This document shows positions 6,532-14,499 of a DNA stretch of 14,740 nucleotides, piece by piece. The position numbers and the translations under genes were made by a program. A model generated the notes under the pieces. That model saw only the letters and a list, made by a program, of their open reading frames with translations, was not told the DNA's origin and searched no databases. The stretch covers positions 1 through 14,740 of the forward strand of contig CAWHXD010000003.1 in assembly GCA_963833225.1 (NCBI GenBank), read 5' to 3'. Numbering within the stretch: position 1 is the stretch's first letter; each line of letters begins with the position of its first letter. This stretch comes from an uncultured Chloroflexia bacterium. GTDB lineage: Bacteria > Chloroflexota > Limnocylindria > Limnocylindrales > CSP1-4.

Positions 6532-8772
6532 TCAGCCGGCCTCCTGCGCTGCGAGGCCGCCCGCCAGCGACCCATCGCGAGGCTGGGCAGCCACCGCCGG
6601 CCGTGGCTCGTCGCGAGCCACCCTGTCGGCCTTCGTTCCCGTTCCGGCACGCGGAAGCGACACCTCGAACCGCGCCCCAACCGCGCCGGCCCGGCAGGTC
6701 ACGTCGCCGCCCATCGCCCGCGCCAGGCCCCGGGCGATGTTGAGCCCCAGCCCAGACCCTCCGAGGCCCTGCGCGCTGGACCCACGGACGAACCGCCGGA
6801 AGATGCTCCGCCGCTCATCCGCGGCGACTCCGGGTCCCTGATCCTCGATCGCCAGCTGAACCCATGGGCAGCTGGCGGCGTTCGCGGCCCCGGTCAGGGA
6901 TACCTCGACGTTGATCGGGCGCATCCCCGCGTACCGTGCGGCGTTGTCGAGGATGACCCACACCACCTGTTCCGTGGATGCAGGATCCGCGAACACCAGC
7001 TCGCCGTCGGTTCGGTCGGCCACGGTCACCAGGGCCTCGATGTCGAGCTCGGCCGCCACCCGCCGAACGAGCGGGACCACGGCCAGCGGCGCGCCGTCGA
7101 GCTCCAGCACGCCAGTCTCGATCCGACTCAGGATCAACACCTGGTTGACGAGCCTGGCGAGTCGGCGCTCCTCGATCTGGATCGCGGCGGCACGGGCGTG
7201 CACGAACGAGTCGGCTGCCGACTCGTCCACGAGATCGGACGCGGCGAGCTCGATGGTCGCGAGCGGTGCGAGCAGGTTGTGGCTGATCCCGCGCAGGAAC
7301 TCGCGCTGCAGCCGATTGAGCCGCTTCAGCCGGTCAGCACGGCTGATCGCGAGCCGGTACTGCTCGGCTTCGTTGATGACCGTGCCTGCGAGCAGCGCCA
7401 TGACCTCGAATCCTGCCTGGTCGCCATCCGTCCAGTCCCGCTCGAGTGACACCGCCGCGTCCAGGCGGGCACCGTCCCCTTCCAGGGCTATCGGCGCATT
7501 CACGACCCGGCCCCGCGAGGAGCTCGCGGGGCTCGGCCGGTCCGCGTCGTCACCGTCGATGGGCATCCCGGTTGACTCGTCGCGGCCGGTGGCGGCGATG
7601 ATGCTCCTGTCGGCGGCAACGACCCGGCACCATGTCGTGGCGAAGATCTCGCTGGCAGCGGCCGTCAGTGACTGGGCCGCCTCGGCGGGCGTCGCAGACG
7701 CCGGGACTGCCGCCGCCGCGGCGAGACAGCGCCGCAGCGTGGCCTCGCGCCGGTCGAGCGTGCCCACCAGGCGATCGAGGCCCGCCGCAAGCCGCGCGAT
7801 GTCATCATCGCCCGGCACGGCCCCGGCCGGCGCCACCCGGCCATCGGCGATCGCCACGAGGCCGTCGTGGATCACCCGGAGCCGCCGGCTCAGCACCCGC
7901 GCAAGCACCAGGCCAAGGACTCCCGCCATGGCGACCGTGAGGGCAAGAAGCCCCAGCACGAGCGCTGGCAGCCCGCCGGCCGTCGCCTGGAGCGCGGACA
8001 CGCGGGTCGCCAGGACGACGGAGCCACCGGCAGGTGAGTCGCCCAGAGGCCGCATGCTGGTCACGAGATCGCCCACCCGCAGGACCTGGCGGTCGGCGGC
8101 ACCGACGTTGGCGCTGACCGCAGCGTCCGTCGCCGCTGGATCGGTCGAGACGGACACGTTTCCCCGGGCGTCGAGCAATGCCGCGTCGTATCCCGTCAGC
8201 TGCCTGATGTCGGCAGCGAAGCGAGCATCGAGGCGGCGAGCGAGCACCAGCCGGCCAACGGCAGCTCCGGGTGCGTCGGGAGCTCCGATCGGGCGGTCGT
8301 CGATGAGGTACAGGCCTCCACCGATCGTGATGACTCGTGGTGTCGTGCCGCCCATCCCCGCGATCGACGAGAGCGCGGCCGTGACGGAGGCATCGCCGGC
8401 GGCCACGGTGGCGTGCGGCGTATCCACGATGCCTGCGGCCACGGAACCTCGATCGACGAGGAACTCGAGCACGTCCGTGCGGATCGATTGCAGGTCCGAG
8501 TCGGAAGCCTCCTGTGCGAAGGTGGCCCACTCCGCATAGCTTCGGGTCAACTTCTCGAGATCTCGGGCGGCCTGCTGGACGATGCCATCGGTAGCCTGGA
8601 GGGCACGTTCGGTCCGGTCCACCGCATCCTGCGCAAGTGCCCGTTCAACCTGACCGAACACGAGGATGCCCAGCGTCAGGACCGGCAGCGCGGTCGCGGC
8701 GATCAGCACGACGACGGTCAGCCGGCTGAACGCCAGCCGGCCACGGCCGCCCGCCGGCCGCAACGTGGTCAC
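6532..8772 (-). CDS. Membrane sensor histidine kinase (TM, extracytoplasmic CHASE4/Cache-like region, TM, HAMP, GAF-like, HisKA, HATPase_c), 746 aa
   Basis: Two hydrophobic segments. HAMP-like GDDDIARLAAGLDRLV. H-box FLRGISHNLLAPLATI, N-box ILDNAARYA, G1 IEDQGPG, F-box IFRRF, G2 GSGLGL. The GTG start overlaps the regulator stop (GTGA). The CHASE4 (LTRSYAEW) and GAF calls are tentative. Confidence 0.93.
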   Translation of the reverse strand: MTTLRPAGGRGRLAFSRLTVVVLIAATALPVLTLGILVFGQVERALAQDAVDRTERALQATDGIVQQAARDLEKLTRSYAEWATFAQEASDSDLQSIRTDVLEFLVDRGSVAAGIVDTPHATVAAGDASVTAALSSIAGMGGTTPRVITIGGGLYLIDDRPIGAPDAPGAAVGRLVLARRLDARFAADIRQLTGYDAALLDARGNVSVSTDPAATDAAVSANVGAADRQVLRVGDLVTSMRPLGDSPAGGSVVLATRVSALQATAGGLPALVLGLLALTVAMAGVLGLVLARVLSRRLRVIHDGLVAIADGRVAPAGAVPGDDDIARLAAGLDRLVGTLDRREATLRRCLAAAAAVPASATPAEAAQSLTAAASEIFATTWCRVVAADRSIIAATGRDESTGMPIDGDDADRPSPASSSRGRVVNAPIALEGDGARLDAAVSLERDWTDGDQAGFEVMALLAGTVINEAEQYRLAISRADRLKRLNRLQREFLRGISHNLLAPLATIELAASDLVDESAADSFVHARAAAIQIEERRLARLVNQVLILSRIETGVLELDGAPLAVVPLVRRVAAELDIEALVTVADRTDGELVFADPASTEQVVWVILDNAARYAGMRPINVEVSLTGAANAASCPWVQLAIEDQGPGVAADERRSIFRRFVRGSSAQGLGGSGLGLNIARGLARAMGGDVTCRAGAVGARFEVSLPRAGTGTKADRVARDEPRPAVAAQPRDGSLAGGLAAQEAG

Positions 8773-9476
8773 CCGGTCGCGCCCGGCTCGGCAACACCCA
8801 GCCGGTACCCGCCGCGCCGCTCCGTGTGGAGAAAGCGTGGGGAGCCCGGGTCGGGCTCGAGCTTCTGCCGCAACCGCCGCATCGTGACCCAGACGTACAC
8901 GGGGTCGGCGCCGTCCGCACCGGGCCAGACCCGCGCAAGCAGGCGTTCGGTGCTCACGGCGCTGCCCGCGGCGGCGGCAAGCGTGGCCAGCACCCGCGTC
9001 TCGGTGGGCGTCAGGTGTACCAATCGGCCGTCGACAAGCGCCTCCCGACGCCGCAGGTTCAGCCGCAAACCGGAGCCAACCTCGATCTCCTGAACGGGGA
9101 TGCGGTCCTGGAGACGCAGCAGCACTCGGTCAATGCGCGCACGGAGCTCGGCGTAATGGAACGGCTTGGTCAGGTAGTCCTCGGCGAAACGCTGGAGGAG
9201 GACGGTCTTGGACGACACCTCCGACACGGCGGACAGGACGATGATCGGCAGGTCCGCGCGCTTCTTGATCTCGTCGGCGACGCGCTCGCCGGCCATGTCA
9301 GGAAGCATCAGATCCAGGACCGTCAGATCCGGCCATCGTTCGTCCACGGCAGCGATGGCATCGCGGCCCGTGGTCGCGATCCGCACCTCGAACCCGTCGC
9401 GGCGCAGCCGATCCGCCAGGAAGCCGACGAGCCGGATGTCGTCGTCAGCGAGGAGGAGATCGAAGGGGGGGGTCAT
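8769..9476 (-). CDS. OmpR/PhoB-family DNA-binding response regulator, 235 aa
   Basis: Receiver motifs LLADDD, VLDLMLP (phospho-Asp), LSA, DYLTKPF. Winged helix LTPTE...LLARVW...VTMRRLRQKLE-x-DP-x-x-PRFLHTERRGGY. Confidence 0.96.
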   Translation of the reverse strand: MTPPFDLLLADDDIRLVGFLADRLRRDGFEVRIATTGRDAIAAVDERWPDLTVLDLMLPDMAGERVADEIKKRADLPIIVLSAVSEVSSKTVLLQRFAEDYLTKPFHYAELRARIDRVLLRLQDRIPVQEIEVGSGLRLNLRRREALVDGRLVHLTPTETRVLATLAAAAGSAVSTERLLARVWPGADGADPVYVWVTMRRLRQKLEPDPGSPRFLHTERRGGYRLGVAEPGATG

Positions 9477-9557
9477 CTCGACGGCTGCCCCGAGGTGGGG
9501 GTTCGCGCTCGTCCATCGCGTGTCGCCCGTACCGCAGCCGATGGTTCGACGCGCATA

Positions 9558-10609
9558 TCAGCCGCTTCCATCGACCGTGCCGTTTCCAATTCCGTTGCCC
9601 TTTCCCTTGCCATTGCCTTTGCCGCCACCGTCCGACGCGGTGGGCGTCGGCGATGGTGTCGCCGGGGCCGGTGAGGCGGCCGAACCGCTCCCATTGCCGT
9701 TCCCGTTGCCGTTACCCTGGCCGTTGCCGTTGCCGTTGCCGTTCGAGCCACCATTGCCCTGGCCGTTGCCGTTGCCGTTGCCCTGGCCGTTGCCGTTCCC
9801 CTGACCGGTCGAGCCACCGTGCCGTTGCCCTGGCCGTTGCCGTTGCCGTTCGAGCCGCCGTTGCCGTTGCCCTGGCCGTTGCCGTTGCCCTGGCCGTTGC
9901 CGTTCCCCTGACCGGTCGAGCCACCGTTGCCGTTGCCCTGGCCGTTGCCGTTGCCGTTCGAGCCGCCGTTGCCGTTGCCCTGGCCGTTGCCGTTGCCCTG
10001 GCCGTTGCCGTTCCCCTGACCGGTCGAGCCACCGTTGCCGTTCCCTTGGCCGTTGCCGTTGCCGTTGGCTTGTCCGGGCGGCGTGCCGAACGGATTCCCG
10101 CCGGGTCGCGTCGCCGGCTCGGGTGTTCCTGAGCCGACGATCGAGGGATCGGCCACCGGTGATGCCGAGCCGCTGGTGGCAGGCGTCACGTCAGGGCTCG
10201 ACGGCGTCTCGGTAGCATCGGGTTCATCAGGCTGCCCGAGCCGGACGAGGATCGATGTGGGCGGACCATCGCTGGAAACAAACACCCACAGGACGCGCTT
10301 GCCGTTCCGGTACTCGCGCCAGCCCTCGCGAGTCCCGAGCCGTACGTACCCGGCGGCGGTAAGCCGGGCATCGTAGGCCGCGGATGCGGTCGCGGGTGGA
10401 TCCTGAGACTCGAACGCGAGGAACGGCCGACCGCCGTCCAGCCCCGGCGCATCCGCGCCGATCGTCACCGATGCTGCAGGCGGGGTCGGGATCGCGTACA
10501 GATCCGGCGCGGCCGGAGTTCTGGGTGGCCCGCCGCAGCCGACCAGGAGCGCGGCCAGCAGCAGGCTCATGACACCCGCTGCGATGGCCCCCGCGCGCGA
10601 TTGATGCAT
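9558..10609 (-). CDS. Lipoprotein with a small folded domain, Pro/Thr/Ser linker and long Gly-Asn repeat tail; 1-nt frameshift at ~9820 (about 350 aa when repaired)
   Basis: ATG 10609 begins MHQSRAGAIAAGVMSLLLAALLVG|C (lipobox, Cys25). The GN repeats continue in another frame after 9820 and end ...GGGKGNGKGKGNGIGNGTVDGSG* at TGA 9560-9558. Confidence 0.75.
9690..10066. repeat. Coding tandem repeat: GCCGTT hexamers (Gly-Asn) organised into 108-bp higher-order units
   Basis: The anchor CTGACCGGTCGAGCCACCGT occurs at 9801, 9908 and 10016 (spacings 107 and 108). The unit encodes GNGNGQGNGNGGSTGQGNGNGQGNGNGQGNGNGGSN (36 aa). Confidence 0.97.
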
Positions 10610-10746
10610 CAGCCCCACGCTCGGCCTTCGAGATTCAGCCTGGGGGCACCAAATGCGGCGCGCGGACGCACCGGACACCGCCCGGTCTTGCCCGGACAGC
10701 GCCACACGGGATCGCCCTGGCCCCCGGGCTGGCGTTCCCGAGACCG

Positions 10747-10776
10747 AGTGTAGAGCGCGTCCCAGAAGAACGTCAT
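10747..10776 (-). promoter_or_regulatory. Putative sigma70-type promoter for the lipoprotein-regulator-kinase unit
   Basis: ATGACG-N18-TACACT on the minus strand, implying a 5' UTR of about 130 nt before ATG 10609. Confidence 0.45.
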
Positions 10777-10909
10777 GGCCCGAAGGGACCAGGCGTGACC
10801 GGCCCGCGACGTGGAAGCCCTCGTCCCCGTGAACGCTGCCCGGTCGTCTTCGACGCCCGCGAAGGGCTCCGCAGGGGAGGGCCCACGAGCCGGGGGCGAG
10901 GGCGGACAC

Positions 10910-10942
10910 CTATGGCGTTTGTTAGGGCGCCCGCCGTACGTT
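10910..10942 (+). promoter_or_regulatory. Putative tad cassette promoter region: direct repeat CTATGG-N6-TTAGGG followed by a -10-like TACGTT
   Basis: AT-richer patch upstream of the first tadE. TACGTT at 10937-10942. The repeat motif recurs at 6279-6296. Confidence 0.35.
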
Positions 10943-10973
10943 GCCGGCAGCCGGGCCCGCACTTTCTAAGACC

Positions 10974-11597
10974 ATGCCCTTCCCTGACATCCGTTGCGCG
11001 CCGCTCCGTCGCCGGGCCCTTGGCCATGGGCGGCAACGCCGCATGCGCGGCCAGGCACTGGTGGAGTTCGCGCTGGCCTTCCCAATCCTCCTGACAATGA
11101 CCCTCGGGATCATCGAGTTCGCATTCGTGTTCAACGCCGTGCTCGCCGTGAACTACGCGAGTCGGAACGCCGCCCTGCTCGCGGCCGAGGGTGGCTCGGA
11201 TGCGGGAACCGACTGCATCGTCCTGCAGTCGATCGACGACGAGCTTACGGGGCCCACCGATCAGGCCCGGGTGACCCGGGTCGAGGTCTATCGATCCGAC
11301 GAGAACGGCAGAGTGCTCGGGAGCCCGACGATCTACGTGCGCGACGGAGGCAGCACCACCTGCACGTACGCGGGCGGCACCACGGTCACCGTCCCGTACA
11401 CGCGAACGGCGGACGGCTATCCAGAGACAACGAGATGCAACGTCCTGGCGGGTTGCGGGACCGCGCATCCCATCGACACCGTCGGCGTGCGGATCTCATA
11501 TACGCACCACTGGGTAACGCCACTCGGCGGGACCGCGGGTGGCGGCACCCTCTCGTTCGATCGCGCCAACGCAACCCGCATGGAGCCGGTCCTGTGA
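10974..11597 (+). CDS. tadE: TadE/TadG-family Flp pilus minor pilin (pseudopilin)
   Basis: Basic leader, then RG|QALVEFALAFPILL-x-x-x-LGIIEF...ASRNAA (prepilin cleavage site, conserved Glu, hydrophobic helix). Cys-containing head ending in MEP. Start is ATG 10974 or ATG 11043. Confidence 0.9.
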   Translation: MPFPDIRCAPLRRRALGHGRQRRMRGQALVEFALAFPILLTMTLGIIEFAFVFNAVLAVNYASRNAALLAAEGGSDAGTDCIVLQSIDDELTGPTDQARVTRVEVYRSDENGRVLGSPTIYVRDGGSTTCTYAGGTTVTVPYTRTADGYPETTRCNVLAGCGTAHPIDTVGVRISYTHHWVTPLGGTAGGGTLSFDRANATRMEPVL

Positions 11598-12178
11598 GCG
11601 AACGGCGCGCCGCCCAGAGCGGGCAGTCCGTCGTTGAGCTCGCGCTGATCGTTCCGGTGTTCATGTTGCTGTTGCTCGGGCTGCTCGAGTTCGGCATGGC
11701 GTTCGACCACACGATCACGGTGAGCTACGCGACGCGCGAGGGCGCACGCACCGGCAGCGCCCTTGTCGACGGCGGAGCGTCGGGTTGCGCTTCGGTTGAT
11801 CCGCGCATCGTCGCCGCGGTCCAGCGCGTGCTGACCTCACCCGGCTCACAGGTGGCGATCTCACGCGTGTCGGAGATCCGGATCTACGAGGCCACAGCCA
11901 CGGGGGCGGAGACCAGTGGCAAGGTCAACATCTGGCGGTACGACCCCACGCACGGCCCGACGGTCGACGGCGAGCAGCTGGACTTCGCGGTCACCAGTGT
12001 GGGCTGGTCCGCCTGCGATCGGACCGCCCACCCGCCGCAATCGGTTGGCGTGAGCCTCAAGTACCGGTACGTGTTCGCCACCCCGGTTGGCCTGATCATG
12101 TCGATGGTGGGTGGCAGCGGGCCGGCCGGTCTCGACATCAGCGACCGGACGGTGATGGCCATGAACCCGTCGAGATGA
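11594..12178 (+). CDS. tadE: TadE-family Flp pilus minor pilin, 194 aa
   Basis: The GTG start overlaps the previous stop (GTGA) and has a GGAG SD. SG|QSVVELALIVPVFMLLLLGLLEFG...ATREGAR. Confidence 0.92.
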   Translation: MSERRAAQSGQSVVELALIVPVFMLLLLGLLEFGMAFDHTITVSYATREGARTGSALVDGGASGCASVDPRIVAAVQRVLTSPGSQVAISRVSEIRIYEATATGAETSGKVNIWRYDPTHGPTVDGEQLDFAVTSVGWSACDRTAHPPQSVGVSLKYRYVFATPVGLIMSMVGGSGPAGLDISDRTVMAMNPSR

Positions 12179-14499
12179 GCCGGTCTGCCATGCACCACCG
12201 CCTCGATCTCCTCCACCGCCCGTCGGCGTCGATGTCGGATCGGCCTCCTCGCGGCGCGCGCCGGGCCAGCGACAAAGGCCAGGTGGTCGTCATCTTCGCG
12301 ATGTCGATCGTCATGTTCACGCTCATGTGCGCCGTCGTGGTGGACCTGGCCTGGTACTGGACGAACAACCTCCGCATGCAGCGCGCTGCGGACGCGGCCG
12401 CGCTCGCCGGCGTGGTCTGGCTTCCTGGTGATCCCAGCCATGCGTATGCGACAGCCAGGGCGGAGGCGAGCAAGAACGGCTACACGGATGGCGTGGACGG
12501 GATCAGCGTCACGCCGGTCCAGGATCCCGCCAACGCGCGACGGCTCAAGGTGGTCATCACAGGCCCGGTCGGCATGTTCTTCGCCCGGGTCGCCGGCATC
12601 GACTCGTTCCCGGCAAAGAGGACCGCCAAGGCCGAGTTCGTGCTGCCCGTGCCAATGGGCAGCCCCGAGAACTACTACGGCGTCGGCTACTACGTGAAGG
12701 TCGAGACGACGACCACAACCCACCATAGCTCCGGTGACACGGGACTCGACGCACCGGGCTCCGCTCCGCCGGGTGGCAGCTGGGCGTATACCCCGACCAG
12801 GCGCCAGAACATCACACGCGTCGTCCAATCCAACAACAATCGATACGCGACCGCGAACGCCGATGGGCAACAGCAGCAGTGGTATGCCTTCGGCCTGCTC
12901 TCGGGTATCCCAAACGCCGCCGGCAACCAGTCGCTGGAGATCACCGGGCTCGAGGTCCAGCTCGACGACGCATTCTTGTCGGGCTCGTGCAGCGGGTCGA
13001 ACACGTCGAGCATCAGCGCCGCGGTGTCCTGGGACGGCGGCAGCTCGTGGTCCTCGCCAGTCGCAACGCCGGCGCTCGGGTCGAGCAGCTCCAGCGGTGA
13101 CTACACGCTCGGGTCGAGCAGCTCGACCAGCGCCTGGGGCTCGCATTCATGGAACCGTGGCGACTTCTCGGACTCCGACTTCCGGGTCCGGCTGACCTCG
13201 ATCCTCAGCGGCTGCACCGGGACGCTGTACCTCGATGAGCTTCGTGTGCGGGTGAGCTGGGACCTGACGACGACCACGACCACGACCGCCCTGGTCCAGG
13301 ACGCTCCCGTTCCGCCTCCGCCGGGTCAGCCGGCGATCGCCCATCCCCAGAAGTTCTGGGGCGCGATGCAGAGCCAAGGGGCGCCGAGCATCCAGGGCGA
13401 TGCCTACATGACCAAGTACGAGACACGGCATCGAGGAGGGGGTGGGGGCACGCTCAACGGGCCGGACGGTACCGATCCGGACGCGAACTACGACCCCAAC
13501 GGGTTCTACGACTATGGGGTCGACATCCCGGCCGGTGGGGGCGGGACGGTCTGGGTCTTCGACCCCGGCTTCTGCGACGCAACGACCGAGGCCGGTACCG
13601 GCGAGAACTGGACCGTCAGCAGCTTCGGCGATAGCAACCCGAACGGCAACCCGACCCGCGAGCCCGTGAGCGCCTTCTACGATCTGCTCGACACGCGGGG
13701 CACCCTGCTCGACAAATCCGACGATATCCCGGTCGCCTCGACGGGCACCAGCTTCCGTCACGTCGACGGGGAGGACCACGTGATCTACGACGCCCTCGGA
13801 GAGGCGACGCACGAGCCCGACTGCTCGAGCCAGCCCGGGCACTTCGGGTGGGTGCAGCTCGCCACGGGCCTCGTGGAGGGGACGTATCGGGTCCACACCT
13901 ACTCCACGGACTTCAGCGCACTCGACGATCAGAACAACACGACCGCGCTCAACGCCTTCGCACTGTATGCCGCCTCCGCATCCGGCACGCCTCGGATCTA
14001 CGGGATCGGCGCCATGGAGGCGTACGTGCGGCTGCCGGGCGGTGGAGCATCGGAGTTCTACCTCGCCCAGATCGACGCCGTCCACGCAGGCAAGACGATG
14101 GTCATCAACCTCTGGGATCCGGGCGACACCGGCAATCTGTCGGCATCACTCTCGATCCTGCACCCGACCGGCAGCGGGTTCGCACCGACCCAGTTCAGCT
14201 ATCACGCCACCCCGGGGACATCGAACCCGGGGCGGTCCAACTGCGCCGGTCGGTCCGGGAGCGGTGTGACGTCCGTGACCACGAACACCGGGGGCAACAG
14301 CCTGTACAACGGCTGCTGGCTGACGATCGAGGTCGTCCTGCCAACCAGCTACGACGCGCCGGTCGATCCCGTCTCGGGCGAGCGCGGATGGTGGAAGATC
14401 CGGTACGCGATGGGGGGCCGCACCAGTGACTTCTCGACCGACCTTACGACCTGGACCGTGAGCATCCGAGGCAACCCGGTCCACCTGGTGGTGCCGTGA
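12175..14499 (+). CDS. Large TadG-like pilin/adhesin: N-terminal Tad domain plus beta-rich extracellular domains, 774 aa
   Basis: KG|QVVVIFAMS...AVVVDLA...MQRAADAAALAG (Flp pilus assembly TadG-like N-terminus). ATGA overlap with tadE. The remainder is G/S/T/D/aromatic-rich with several Cys. No vWA MIDAS motif seen. Confidence 0.88.
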   Translation: MSRSAMHHRLDLLHRPSASMSDRPPRGARRASDKGQVVVIFAMSIVMFTLMCAVVVDLAWYWTNNLRMQRAADAAALAGVVWLPGDPSHAYATARAEASKNGYTDGVDGISVTPVQDPANARRLKVVITGPVGMFFARVAGIDSFPAKRTAKAEFVLPVPMGSPENYYGVGYYVKVETTTTTHHSSGDTGLDAPGSAPPGGSWAYTPTRRQNITRVVQSNNNRYATANADGQQQQWYAFGLLSGIPNAAGNQSLEITGLEVQLDDAFLSGSCSGSNTSSISAAVSWDGGSSWSSPVATPALGSSSSSGDYTLGSSSSTSAWGSHSWNRGDFSDSDFRVRLTSILSGCTGTLYLDELRVRVSWDLTTTTTTTALVQDAPVPPPPGQPAIAHPQKFWGAMQSQGAPSIQGDAYMTKYETRHRGGGGGTLNGPDGTDPDANYDPNGFYDYGVDIPAGGGGTVWVFDPGFCDATTEAGTGENWTVSSFGDSNPNGNPTREPVSAFYDLLDTRGTLLDKSDDIPVASTGTSFRHVDGEDHVIYDALGEATHEPDCSSQPGHFGWVQLATGLVEGTYRVHTYSTDFSALDDQNNTTALNAFALYAASASGTPRIYGIGAMEAYVRLPGGGASEFYLAQIDAVHAGKTMVINLWDPGDTGNLSASLSILHPTGSGFAPTQFSYHATPGTSNPGRSNCAGRSGSGVTSVTTNTGGNSLYNGCWLTIEVVLPTSYDAPVDPVSGERGWWKIRYAMGGRTSDFSTDLTTWTVSIRGNPVHLVVP

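Noticed and set aside
9690-10066. Possible CRISPR array or non-coding satellite
   Set aside because: No unique spacers and no cas genes. Units are multiples of 3 and encode Gly-Asn within a lipoprotein.
10615-10640. c-di-AMP (ydaO) riboswitch-like GCTGAATC...GAAGG on the minus strand
   Set aside because: The remaining conserved elements (GGAACC, GGGGTGAA, GTCAGCTAAC) are absent, and only ~20 nt separate it from the start codon.
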